Counted from the stretch's first letter, positions 1 to 8,806 are shown. The stretch: DNA of 38,659 bases from Candidatus Woesearchaeota archaeon (GCA_964530955.1 CAZHCL010000008.1:1-38659), one strand, 5' to 3'. The notes: generated by a model from the letters alone, not told the origin. Program-made: numbers and translations.

Positions 1-165
1 AATTCTTTACAAAGCTATGAAATCATCAGGTGGTTTTTCTGTTTCAAGTAATCTCATTTCCGTAGTATCCTATTCACTTGCCTCTAAGGTCTTTATTTAA
101 TAAAAAGACCCTAGACCAGTTTCTCGCAAGCGAATCTTCTCTAAGGTCATTCAATAATAGGTCTT

Positions 166-393
166 TTGGCAATGAAAAACAATATGGATGAAAAGCAACT
201 AGTTTACAGGATAATAAGAAGTGTAGGAACTGACACGTTGGAAGGAGAAAAGATAATGAGAAGAATACATGAAAGAAATGATTCAAAAAGATTAGCTCAG
301 GAAAGAGAAGAATTGTTAGAAAGATATCATAATTCAAATCCCGAGTCGGGCTTGGACCATACTTATTATTTCAGGGCAGATTACAAAGAGTAG
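166..393 (+). CDS. small hypothetical protein (start could be at 172 or 184)
   Basis: 75-aa ORF filling the gap before tRNA-Arg; no recognised motif; the TAG stop overlaps the tRNA 3' end. Confidence 0.5.
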   Translation: MAMKNNMDEKQLVYRIIRSVGTDTLEGEKIMRRIHERNDSKRLAQEREELLERYHNSNPESGLDHTYYFRADYKE

Positions 394-462
394 GCCTAAG
401 AGGAATTGAACCCCTGTTTCAACGTCCGAAGCGTCGCGTTCTATCCACTGAACTATAGGCCC
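391..462 (-). tRNA. tRNA-Arg (anticodon TCG), no intron, CCA not encoded
   Basis: Reverse complement folds as GGGCCTA TA GTTC AGTGGATA GAAC G CGACG CT-TCG-GA CGTTG AAAC AGGGG TTCAATT CCTCT TAGGCCT A. Confidence 0.95.
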
Positions 463-485
463 ACAATAAGGATTATATACTCGGC

Positions 486-493
486 TTTTTAAT
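486..493 (-). promoter_or_regulatory. TATA box of tRNA-Arg
   Basis: ATTAAAAA on the minus strand with 23 nt between the box and tRNA G1. Confidence 0.6.
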
Positions 494-526
494 CTTAATT
501 AATGAAAAGAGAGCTCTACAATAAAA

Positions 527-1645
527 ATGAATCTTAAATTGTCAGCGACTTCAACGATAATCGGAACTGTAATAGGGGCTGGTTTTCTCGCCATACCTTT
601 TGTTGTGATGGAGTCAGGTTTTCCTATAGGATTAGTGCATTTTGTAATTTTAGGGATTATTGTAATGCTGACCATGCTTTACATGGGGGAAGTTGCCCTT
701 CGAACAAAAGAAGACCATCAGCTTAGCGGATACGCAGGAAAATATCTTGGTAAATGGGGTAAAAGGCTCATGTTTATTGCATTCGCCTTCGGTCTTTATG
801 CTGCGATTATAGCTTATTTAATAGCCGAAGGTCAGTCTCTGAGCTATCTTTTCTTTGGCTCTGTCAATCACGAATTAATTTTCAGCCTTTTATTCTGGCT
901 GATTTTATCAGCAATGAGTTACTTCGGTTTAAAATCACTAAAGAAGTTTGAATCAATTGCAGTAGGATTGGTTTTGCTGTTAGTTGTTGGAATTTCAATT
1001 CTCAGCTGGCATAAAATAAATTTTGCTAATCTTTCTTCTTTTAATATGAATAACGCATTCGTTCCTTTTGGGGTTGTTTTATTTTCATTCCTTGCTTTTT
1101 CAGTAATCCCAGAAATAAAGAAGATGCTTGGCAGTGAGCAGAAGTTAATGAAATCATCAATTATCAAAGCATATATAATTGCATTTTTAGTTTACATAAT
1201 ATTCACTGCAGTAGTAATAGGTGTAAAAGGTAACTCCACTCCTCAGTTAGCTACCCTTGCATTAGGTCCCATTTTTATTATTCTTGGAATAATAACCATG
1301 TTCACTTCTTATCTCGTCCTTTCTGTTGCCTTGGCTGACTCTTATTCTTCAGATTATAAAAAGTCTAAAAAATCTTCTTGGTTACTGACTATTCTCATTC
1401 CATTGGCAATTTATCTTATACTAAAATTAACAAAAAGTGCAAATTTCACAGCAGTCTTAGGAATAGGGGGGGTAATTTCGGGTGGACTGACAGGAATTCT
1501 TATCCTCCTAATGGCTAAGAAAGCAAAAATCAATGGAGACAGAAAGCCAGAATACGAAATGCCTTACTCTTCCATATTAACCTGGTTAATTATAGCAGTT
1601 TATATCATCGGAGCAATAATAGAAGTTATTAATATAATCAGATAA
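527..1645 (+). CDS. aromatic amino acid permease family transporter (HAAAP/ArAAP-like, APC superfamily)
   Basis: About 11 hydrophobic helices; N-terminal IGTVIGAGFLAIPF motif; FGVVLFSFLAFSVIPE motif. Confidence 0.85.
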   Translation: MNLKLSATSTIIGTVIGAGFLAIPFVVMESGFPIGLVHFVILGIIVMLTMLYMGEVALRTKEDHQLSGYAGKYLGKWGKRLMFIAFAFGLYAAIIAYLIAEGQSLSYLFFGSVNHELIFSLLFWLILSAMSYFGLKSLKKFESIAVGLVLLLVVGISILSWHKINFANLSSFNMNNAFVPFGVVLFSFLAFSVIPEIKKMLGSEQKLMKSSIIKAYIIAFLVYIIFTAVVIGVKGNSTPQLATLALGPIFIILGIITMFTSYLVLSVALADSYSSDYKKSKKSSWLLTILIPLAIYLILKLTKSANFTAVLGIGGVISGGLTGILILLMAKKAKINGDRKPEYEMPYSSILTWLIIAVYIIGAIIEVINIIR

Positions 1646-3034
1646 TTATTTTTTAAGTATAGACTGTAGAACTTCTCTGGCAACCTTGAAATCTGCTCTT
1701 TTCTTTGTCACAAGCATTATCTGGCCCATAAGAAAATCAAAAGATTTCTGCTCGCCAGAATTATAATCTGCAACGGCTTTTGGATTTTTGTCAATAACTT
1801 CTTTGATTATTTTTTGTAGTTCAACCTTATCACTAATTTTTGATTCAATATTTTCAGGTATGAAAGATTTAGGATAAAACTTATTAAGAATCTGTTTTCC
1901 CTGCAGTTCAGTAATCTTTCCTTCCTTAACAAGATTAAGTAATGCAGTAAAATGCTCTACTTTTATTTCAATTTTGTCAAGAGTAGTTTTGTTATAATTA
2001 AGGAAGCGAAGAAGTTCAACAGTAACCCAAGGCAAAGCAAATTTAGGTTCCACTTTTTCACTTACCTTCTCATAGAATTCAGCTATATCAACATTTTTTG
2101 TAAGTATAGCAGCATGGTAAGGGTCAATCTTTTGTTTTTTGATTAACTTGTCAAGTTTGACATCAGGAGACTCAGGCATCTTTCTCTTTTCAGATTCAAT
2201 AAATTTATTGTCTAAAAGAATTGGCTGTAAGTCAGGGTCAGAAATGAATCTGTAGTCTTCTGCCTGTTCTTTTGAACGCATGAGCATAGTCTTTCCTTTT
2301 AAGTCATCGTATCTTCGAGTTTCCTGGGTATCGACATTTTCTTTTAAATGCCTTCCAAGTTCGTAATCTATTGCTCTTCCTATGCTTTCAATTGAGTTTA
2401 TATTCTTTATCTCAGTTCTTTGGGTTTTTCCAGGAATATTTACATTAACATCAACTTTTATTCCTGCGTTTGTATCAACGCATTTAAGGTAAGAGAGATT
2501 ATGCAATAGTTTGTTAAGCCAGCTAATAACTTCCTCTGAATTTTTGAAATCAGGTTCAGTCACTATCTCAACTAATGGAAGACCAGAACGATTGTAATCA
2601 ATCTCTCCGTTATCGGGATTCCAAGAAGCAGGATCTTCTTCAAGATGCATTGATCTTATTTTTATATTCTGGAATGAGCCCTTGATACCTACCGGAGAAG
2701 CGTATGGCCCCGAGAGAGTATTCTGAAATCCCTTTGGCAAATCTGGCCAGTTATAATGCTTTCTCTGCCAATCAAGGTTTTCATTAATCTTGCACCCAAG
2801 CATTAACCCAATTTGGACTGCTTTCTCAACAGCAATCTTATTTGGCAGCATTGGCTTTGACCCAGGCTGACCAGTGCATGTTGGACAGATATTTATGTTT
2901 GGTTTGAGCCCTCTTTCCCTACTTGCAAAGCACGCGCAGAAAAGCTTCTCTTTTGTAATAAGATAAGTATGTATTTCAAGACCAATCATTCCCTGAGGTC
3001 TTTTCTGCTCCATAATTTGTCCTTGTTTAACCAT
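1646..3034 (-). CDS. gatB: Asp-tRNA(Asn)/Glu-tRNA(Gln) amidotransferase subunit B
   Basis: GLEIH..KLFC, RKHYNWPDLPKGFQ, HLEED, DYNRSGLPLVEIVTEPD and DYRFISDPDL motifs; YqeY-like tail; lacks the AspRS-like insert of GatE. Confidence 0.93.
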   Translation of the reverse strand: MVKQGQIMEQKRPQGMIGLEIHTYLITKEKLFCACFASRERGLKPNINICPTCTGQPGSKPMLPNKIAVEKAVQIGLMLGCKINENLDWQRKHYNWPDLPKGFQNTLSGPYASPVGIKGSFQNIKIRSMHLEEDPASWNPDNGEIDYNRSGLPLVEIVTEPDFKNSEEVISWLNKLLHNLSYLKCVDTNAGIKVDVNVNIPGKTQRTEIKNINSIESIGRAIDYELGRHLKENVDTQETRRYDDLKGKTMLMRSKEQAEDYRFISDPDLQPILLDNKFIESEKRKMPESPDVKLDKLIKKQKIDPYHAAILTKNVDIAEFYEKVSEKVEPKFALPWVTVELLRFLNYNKTTLDKIEIKVEHFTALLNLVKEGKITELQGKQILNKFYPKSFIPENIESKISDKVELQKIIKEVIDKNPKAVADYNSGEQKSFDFLMGQIMLVTKKRADFKVAREVLQSILKK

Positions 3035-3122
3035 ATATTCCTGAAGAAAAGGATTCTTTTTAATTGTTATGTTGCTTATGCCTATAGCAAGATATTTAAA
3101 TTGATTTTCCTAGGATTAAACA

Positions 3123-3548
3123 ATGGCTATACCTGATGTTGACGTGAACGCCCTGGCTGTTTTAGTTGCAGCAGTAATTCAGTTCGCAATTGGTTCTCTT
3201 TGGTATTCAAACATTCTTTTTGGAAAAGCTTGGATGAGATACTTGGGAATAGACAAGAAGAAACTCAATTCAGCTCAAAAGAAAAGTATGACTGGAAGTT
3301 ACATTCTTGTCTTTGTAGGAGCATTAGTACTTAATTTTGTTCTGGCATATATTGTTAAGTATATGACTGCTTCAACTTTTGAACAGGGAATGGTTGCAGG
3401 ATTAATGGTATGGATTGGATTTATTTTGACTTCAATGTTAGGAATGACCTTGTGGGAAGGTAAATCCTATAAGCTTTACCTAATTAACGTGTTCTACTAT
3501 CTTGTAAGTTTATTAATTACGGGTGGGCTTCTCGCATCCTGGCATTAA
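3123..3548 (+). CDS. DUF1761-family membrane protein
   Basis: Four TM helices with AVLVAAV..FAIGSLWYS..LFGKAW pattern. Confidence 0.75.
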   Translation: MAIPDVDVNALAVLVAAVIQFAIGSLWYSNILFGKAWMRYLGIDKKKLNSAQKKSMTGSYILVFVGALVLNFVLAYIVKYMTASTFEQGMVAGLMVWIGFILTSMLGMTLWEGKSYKLYLINVFYYLVSLLITGGLLASWH

Positions 3549-3607
3549 ATAGAATCAATATCCAAAAAAGTAACAATCCTTATAAACGGCTAATTTGTGA
3601 AGCTTAC

Positions 3608-4051
3608 ATGGATTCGGCTGATTTAGCTAGTTTAGTTCCAGCAGATTATTCTCCAAAAGCAATTTCTTTGTTAGGAAAAATTCTTCAAAGAAGTAAATCT
3701 GACGAAACTGGAAGTGTTTTTAGGAGTAAGGGTCATTTCGCATTACATGTTTTTAAAAGATTTTCAAATGTGATAGTTGGAATGGGAGAACTTGAAGGTC
3801 GCGATTTAGAAGGCAGTCAAGTAGAAAGACAAAATTATCAATCCCATGATCAAGAAATGGCTTTGGAAGGAATGAATGGGGTTCCAGTCCAAGATGTTCT
3901 CAAAGCATATGCGGAAAGAGAGATTGATTCTCTAAAAAAATATTCCGGCGGAGATTTAAGTCCTTACTTTCATATATTGATAGATTTTACCGTTTATAAA
4001 AGAGCTGAAAGCCCAGCCATAATACAGAATGGAGAACTTGCTTTAAGATAA
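3608..4051 (+). CDS. hypothetical protein
   Basis: 147-aa ORF with upstream TATA-like CTTATAAA; no motif recognised. Confidence 0.7.
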   Translation: MDSADLASLVPADYSPKAISLLGKILQRSKSDETGSVFRSKGHFALHVFKRFSNVIVGMGELEGRDLEGSQVERQNYQSHDQEMALEGMNGVPVQDVLKAYAEREIDSLKKYSGGDLSPYFHILIDFTVYKRAESPAIIQNGELALR

Positions 4052-4747
4052 TTATTTCTTTCTCGTAACTTTCTGGACCTTGCCATCTCTAATCCAATAA
4101 ACAGTTCTTGCATGCTCCTGGGCAAGATGGGGGTCGTGAGTAACCATAATTATTGTTTTTCCCTGTTTATTTAATTTTTCAAGAAAGCTCATTACTTTTT
4201 CTCCAGTTTTAGTATCTAAATTTCCTGTGGGTTCATCTGCAAGAATAACCTCTGGGTCATTTGCCAAAGCGCGGGCAATTGCAACTCTTTGCTGCTGCCC
4301 TCCAGAAAGTTGTGTTGGGTAATGCTCCATTCTGTCCTGTAGTTCAACAAGGGCGAGAAGCTCTTCAGCCTTACTTTCCCTTTCTTCTTTTGGAATATCC
4401 TGGAAAAGCATAGGAAGCATTATATTTTCCTTGGCAGTAAGATTAGGTATTAAGTTAAAGTTTTGGAATATGAATCCTATCTTCTTTCCTCTTATCTGGG
4501 CTAATTCAGATTCTCCAAAGCTTTCTATATTAAGTCCATCAAGAAGGATTTTTCCATGTGTAGCTAAGTCGAGACTGCCAACAAGATTCATTGCAGTCGA
4601 CTTTCCGCTTCCAGAAGGGCCCATTATAGCAACAAAATCTCCTTTTTTTATATTGATATCTATTCCATCAAGAGCTTTGACCACATTATCACCCATATTA
4701 TAATATTTAGTTACCTCTTTAAGCGAAATGATATCATTCTTAGCCAT
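4052..4747 (-). CDS. ABC transporter ATP-binding protein, LolD/MacB-like
   Basis: Walker [10 protein letters not shown]-loop [20 protein letters not shown], Walker [13 protein letters not shown]-loop VTHD. Confidence 0.93.
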   Translation of the reverse strand: MAKNDIISLKEVTKYYNMGDNVVKALDGIDINIKKGDFVAIMGPSGSGKSTAMNLVGSLDLATHGKILLDGLNIESFGESELAQIRGKKIGFIFQNFNLIPNLTAKENIMLPMLFQDIPKEERESKAEELLALVELQDRMEHYPTQLSGGQQQRVAIARALANDPEVILADEPTGNLDTKTGEKVMSFLEKLNKQGKTIIMVTHDPHLAQEHARTVYWIRDGKVQKVTRKK

Positions 4748-4822
4748 ACCATTAATTGTTAAACTAAGTTTATAATAGTTCTGCTATTTTACTATTTTGT
4801 CCGAAAAAAGGATATAGTAAGT

Positions 4823-4830
4823 TTTAAAAA
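4823..4830 (+). promoter_or_regulatory. TATA box of rpoN (probably leaderless mRNA)
   Basis: TTTAAAAA with 21 nt to the ATG at 4852. Confidence 0.55.
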
Positions 4831-4851
4831 GCACATTTGAGGAATATGAAT

Positions 4852-5049
4852 ATGATAATTCCAGTAAGATGCTTCGGATGCGGTAAGCCCATAGGCCACC
4901 TATGGGAACAGTATAAGAAGAGAATAGACGCTGGAGAGGACGCAGGAAAAGTTCTTGATGAATTAGGTTTGGAAAGATACTGCTGCAGAGCAACTCTTCT
5001 AGGACATGCGGACATGCTTCCTGAAATAACAAAGTTCAAGAAAGCTTAA
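4852..5049 (+). CDS. rpoN: RNA polymerase subunit N (Rpo10)
   Basis: MIIPVRCFGCGK...LGLERYCCR..LL zinc motifs; start moved from the ORF track's TTG at 4837 to the canonical MIIPVRC. Confidence 0.95.
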   Translation: MIIPVRCFGCGKPIGHLWEQYKKRIDAGEDAGKVLDELGLERYCCRATLLGHADMLPEITKFKKA

Positions 5050-5299
5050 TTAGTTTAGCCTTATTTTTAAAACCACAGTTTGAACACTCAATAATTCTAT
5101 AATTTTTATTTACTCTTATTTTTCCCCTTAAATAGCAAAAGCATTTTTTACAGAATTTCTTTCTTTGGACGCCAAGTTTTATTTTGAATTTCATGGCAAG
5201 CCTCTTTATCTTTTTAACATCTTTTGCATTGAAATCATCTCGAGAAAAGAATTCATCAATTTTTTGTTTCGCTTCTTTTTTGGATACTAACGTCTTCAT
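5036..5299 (-). CDS. RNase P protein component 4 (Rpp21/Rpr2-like), short form
   Basis: RLAMK..IKL...KKFCKKC...IECSNCG zinc ribbon; start set at MKTL because the upstream part of the ORF runs into the 5S rRNA. Confidence 0.7.
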   Translation of the reverse strand: MKTLVSKKEAKQKIDEFFSRDDFNAKDVKKIKRLAMKFKIKLGVQRKKFCKKCFCYLRGKIRVNKNYRIIECSNCGFKNKAKLIKLS

Positions 5300-5310
5300 A
5301 AAAAATAAAA
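5300..5310 (-). terminator. oligo-T terminator after 5S rRNA
   Basis: TTTTATTTTTT directly after the 5S 3' end. Confidence 0.55.
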
Positions 5311-5421
5311 AGACAGCATCGGAGCTTCGCCTCTTGTCGGAGACTAACACAACCGACGTAATCAGCTTGACTTCTGAGTTCGGAATGGGATCAGGTATGG
5401 CCTGACTACTGTGGCCGTCTC
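5311..5421 (-). rRNA. rrf: 5S rRNA, unlinked from 16S/23S
   Basis: GAGACGGC/GCTGTCT terminal helix, CCTGATCCCATTCCGAACTCAGAAGTCAAGC loop B/C signature; ends approximate. Confidence 0.93.
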
Positions 5422-5442
5422 ATTGTTCCTGAGAAATAAGGC

Positions 5443-5458
5443 TATAAAAAGCTTTCGC
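5443..5458 (-). promoter_or_regulatory. BRE + TATA of 5S rRNA
   Basis: GCGAAAGC followed by TTTTTATA, 21 nt upstream of the 5S start. Confidence 0.65.
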
Positions 5459-5475
5459 CCACTCTGTATTGTTGC

Positions 5476-5494
5476 GTCTTCAGGACCTGAAGAC
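5476..5494. repeat. perfect interrupted palindrome
   Basis: GTCTTCAGG-A-CCTGAAGAC (9-bp arms, 1-nt spacer) in the intergenic region between divergent promoters. Confidence 0.9.
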
Positions 5495-5546
5495 ATCGTA
5501 TTTTGATAATTGATAAGTTTATATAATATTTATAACTTAAACTTAA

Positions 5547-5915
5547 ATGGTAGATAATGAAACAAAAGTTATATTTTATGATACTTTATTCATTTCTATG
5601 TGTGCTATCTTCTCACTATATATAATGAATACACTTTTTGGATTTATTGATTTATCGTCTCTATATATTCTAATCTATAGCTATATTGTTGTATATATCC
5701 TCTTTTCGTTATTTATGATTTATTATGCTTTAAAGAAAAAAGAATATGGATATGCGATTGTCATGTTTATCTTAAATTTCCTAGGGATTGTTCCAGCAAT
5801 ATACTACTTTAGGTTATATAGAAAGCAAATAAAAAATGGAGACTTTGACAAAGAGTCTAATTGGAAAAAGAAAATGAATAAACTTCACAAGATTGGTGGT
5901 CTTGATAAAGACTAA
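5547..5915 (+). CDS. hypothetical membrane protein (AT-rich)
   Basis: Three hydrophobic segments and a basic tail; no family recognised. Confidence 0.7.
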   Translation: MVDNETKVIFYDTLFISMCAIFSLYIMNTLFGFIDLSSLYILIYSYIVVYILFSLFMIYYALKKKEYGYAIVMFILNFLGIVPAIYYFRLYRKQIKNGDFDKESNWKKKMNKLHKIGGLDKD

Positions 5916-5943
5916 GACTCCATATTACTTAATCTAATTAGAC

Positions 5944-6189
5944 TTAACCTTTATTAACACCCAAATCCAAGGCAGGTATAGCTTTCTTAATTCCATTAAA
6001 GTTATCAGCAATTTTTTTAGCGTTGCTTCCCGTTCCACAGCAAAAATCAGCAATAACAACTCCAGAACTAGACTTAGCATATTTCTCTGCACTTCTTATA
6101 GAAAAATCAATAGCTCTAACATAATCAGGTCTAAGGTTTTGAAATTTCATATAATTATCCTGTTCTGAGTAAACGTCTATGTCAGCCAT
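5944..6189 (-). pseudogene. truncated class I SAM-dependent methyltransferase (N-terminal fragment)
   Basis: Motif I VIADFCCGTG present, ORF stops about 25 aa later, before the remaining Rossmann strands. Confidence 0.65.
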
Positions 6190-6293
6190 ATTGTCTATAC
6201 ATCTATTAGGGGTTTTAAAATTTATCTTTAACTTATTCGTAAAAATCTCCCGAATTACGAAACCATTATTAATCCCATCATCTTTATTCTAAC

Positions 6294-6569
6294 ATGTTAA
6301 CCCTAAGTGAATTAAGCCAAAAAATGGAAAAACTGGACAATTGGGTTCTTGACGGCAGTTCAATAATAAAAGAACTCCAATTTGAAGACTTCAAAAAAGC
6401 CATTGAATTCGTAAACAATGTGGCAGAAGTAGCTGAGAAAAACAATCATCATCCAGACATATTCATTAATTTTAATGTTGTCAGATTAAACCTAACAACT
6501 CATTCTGCAAAGGCACTTACAGAAATAGACTTCAAAGTAGCTGAAGAAATTGACAAAATAAAGCTCTAA
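6294..6569 (+). CDS. 4a-hydroxytetrahydrobiopterin dehydratase (PCD/PhhB family)
   Basis: F.DFKKAIEFVN.VAEVAEKNNHHPDI.....V...LTTHS...LTEIDF signature. Confidence 0.92.
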   Translation: MLTLSELSQKMEKLDNWVLDGSSIIKELQFEDFKKAIEFVNNVAEVAEKNNHHPDIFINFNVVRLNLTTHSAKALTEIDFKVAEEIDKIKL

Positions 6570-6626
6570 CTGATTCTTCCATTCAATAGCACAAAACATT
6601 TTAAACCTCCTTTATGAAAGAATTAA

Positions 6627-8696
6627 ATGGAGAGGTGGAATCCGATTTACAAGAGGAGAAGGTCTAATGATACTGAAGATATGCAGAAAATTCTCAATAT
6701 TTTTAACACTAAAAAAGATGCTTCTGAAGAAGAGCAGGAAGATTCTCCTTCAGATAGCAATGAACTGAAAAAGTCAGATTCTCTCGCCTTTCTCAAGGCA
6801 GAAGAAGTAAAATTTGAAAACGTATTTGAAAAGCAATATTGGAATCTTAATTCGGAAGGCAGGAACATAATGCCCCTAACATTTTCGAATGGTAAAACTC
6901 AGGAAGATGTTGCAAAAGAGATAGTTGGATTGATTAAAGGAGGAACAAAAGTAATTCTTCTCCATGGAGTATGTGGAAGCGGGAAGTCAGCAATAGCCCT
7001 TAATGTGGCAAGAAGTTTAGGCAAATCAAGCATAGTTGTGCCAGTAAAGGCTTTGCAAAGGCAGTACGAAGAGGATTATACTGAAAAGAAGTATCTCGTA
7101 AAGAAAAATGGGCAGAAAATGAAAATAGCCATGCTTACGGGGAGAGAAAATCACGATTCTATATTTATGCCTGGAGTTTCCTGCGCAGATCCTACCCTAC
7201 CAGAAAACATAAAGTTATCAGAGAAGAATTATGACAAAATAATGGAATACTATGAAGATAATCCTTTCGTTGAGGGCAAGCAAAAGCCAAACTGGAAAGA
7301 TATGAGAAGAATAAGCATTGCTCCTGCAAATCCTTACTGGAGTCCTATTATGCCTGCAGACATCGAAATTAGCTATATCAAAGACGCTAAGAGGAGAAGG
7401 TACAAAGGAGCAGATGGAAGAGAATATGTTCTTTACCATAGAAAGCCAGGGTGCAGTTATTATGACCAGTACCTTGCTTATATTGAAGCGGACGCAATTA
7501 TTTTCAATGCAGCAAAGTTCAAGTCAGAAATAAGTCTAGGAAGAAAGCCCTATACTGAAGTGGATATAATTGATGAAGCCGATGAATTTCTTGATTCATT
7601 GTTCCAGCAGGAAGAACTTAATCTTAACAGGCTTTCATCTGCCTTAAGAAATTTAAGTACAAGCACCATTCAGGCAGAAGAATCAAAGAAAAAACTCATT
7701 GATTTAATAGAGCTTGAAGAGAAAAATAAGAGACTTTTAGGAGTTGATGAAGATAAGGTCTACCATATTTCAGAGACAAAGATGAAAGATATTTTCAAGG
7801 TATTTAATACAAGTCCTGAATTAGAATCTGAATTAATTTTAGATGAGATGAATTATGCTAACAAAGCACTGGAATCTGCCTTAGCTTTCAAGGATTCAAT
7901 AGAAGAAGTTTATTGCACATTCTCAAAAGATAATGAGTCAAATACAAGTATCAAGCTTGTAAGTACAAATCTTTCAGCCAAGTTTAATGAAATATTAGAT
8001 AAAAGCAATTGCCTTGTTTTAATGTCAGGCACTTTGCACTCAGAAAAAGTCTTGCAAAATATATTTGGAATAAAAGATTTTAAAATAGTTGAGGCAGAAA
8101 CTCTTAATCTAGGAGCAATAGAAATAATAAGAACTGGAAAAGAAATAGACTGTAAATACACTAATTTCACCTCTAAAAAACATACAAGACAGGATTATCT
8201 TTCTGCACTGTCAAAATGCATGGAAAAGGCAATCCTTCCCGCCTTGATTCATGTTCATGCTTACCAAGACCTTCCAAATGAAAGCGAGAAATCAAACTTG
8301 GATATTAATAATTTAATGTCTGGAGAGAAGCTAATTACTCTCCAATCAGGAGATAAAACTGGTTTAAGCGTTTCATTATTCAAGCAAGGTCTTTCAGATA
8401 CTCTATTTACCACAAAATGCTCAAGAGGAGTAGACTTTCCAGGAAAAATGTGCAATTCAATTATATTTACAAAATATCCCAATCCAAACATAAGTGATAC
8501 TTTCTGGAGAATACTTCAAAAAAATCATCCTGACCACTTCTGGGAGTTCTACAGAGACAAAGCCTGGAGAGAATTCCTGCAAAGAATATTCAGAGCAGTA
8601 AGATCAAGGGAAGATCATGTATTCATTCTCTCTCCAGATACAAGGGTTTTGGATGCTGTCAGAACCTTGCAGGAAAAGATGAAGATTTCGAAGTAG
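6627..8696 (+). CDS. SF2 helicase, DinG/XPD-like
   Basis: Walker A GVCGSGKS, IIDEADE, MSGT, SRGVDFPG, KYPNPN and QRIFRAVRS motifs in DinG order. Confidence 0.8.
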   Translation: MERWNPIYKRRRSNDTEDMQKILNIFNTKKDASEEEQEDSPSDSNELKKSDSLAFLKAEEVKFENVFEKQYWNLNSEGRNIMPLTFSNGKTQEDVAKEIVGLIKGGTKVILLHGVCGSGKSAIALNVARSLGKSSIVVPVKALQRQYEEDYTEKKYLVKKNGQKMKIAMLTGRENHDSIFMPGVSCADPTLPENIKLSEKNYDKIMEYYEDNPFVEGKQKPNWKDMRRISIAPANPYWSPIMPADIEISYIKDAKRRRYKGADGREYVLYHRKPGCSYYDQYLAYIEADAIIFNAAKFKSEISLGRKPYTEVDIIDEADEFLDSLFQQEELNLNRLSSALRNLSTSTIQAEESKKKLIDLIELEEKNKRLLGVDEDKVYHISETKMKDIFKVFNTSPELESELILDEMNYANKALESALAFKDSIEEVYCTFSKDNESNTSIKLVSTNLSAKFNEILDKSNCLVLMSGTLHSEKVLQNIFGIKDFKIVEAETLNLGAIEIIRTGKEIDCKYTNFTSKKHTRQDYLSALSKCMEKAILPALIHVHAYQDLPNESEKSNLDINNLMSGEKLITLQSGDKTGLSVSLFKQGLSDTLFTTKCSRGVDFPGKMCNSIIFTKYPNPNISDTFWRILQKNHPDHFWEFYRDKAWREFLQRIFRAVRSREDHVFILSPDTRVLDAVRTLQEKMKISK

Positions 8697-8716
8697 TTTT
8701 TTATTCTATAGTAAGG

Positions 8717-8724
8717 CTTAAAAA
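8717..8724 (+). promoter_or_regulatory. putative TATA box of repeat copy R1
   Basis: CTTAAAAA preceded by GTAAGG; 23 nt to G8748. Confidence 0.55.
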
Positions 8725-8745
8725 TAGATTATTCTACTCATTTCA

Positions 8746-8795
8746 AAGCTCGCGTAGTTTAGTGGCAATAAACGATAATAAATGTACGAATATAA
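8746..8795 (+). repeat. R1: 50-bp direct repeat resembling a tRNA 5' fragment; putative ncRNA
   Basis: AAGCTCGCGTAGTTTAGTGGCAATAAACGATAATAAATGTACGAATATAA, identical to 9576-9625; 24/28 identity to tRNA-Asp nt 1-28. Confidence 0.9.
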
Positions 8796-8806
8796 CAAAC
8801 AGCTAC

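Noticed and set aside
88-110. Inverted repeat GGTCTTT-N9-AAAGACC
   Set aside because: Only 7-bp arms, upstream context cut by the window edge, no second copy.
74-337. 87-aa minus-strand ORF
   Set aside because: Antisense shadow of 166..393 with a composition typical of reverse-complemented A-rich coding DNA; neither has recognisable homology, so a small doubt remains.
1646-3034. Calling this gene gatE
   Set aside because: At 462 aa it lacks the AspRS-like insertion of GatE and its motifs match GatB.
5184-5405. 73-aa plus-strand ORF, and the 5300-5350 extension of the Rpp21 ORF
   Set aside because: Both overlap the 5S rRNA or are antisense to the Rpp21-like gene.
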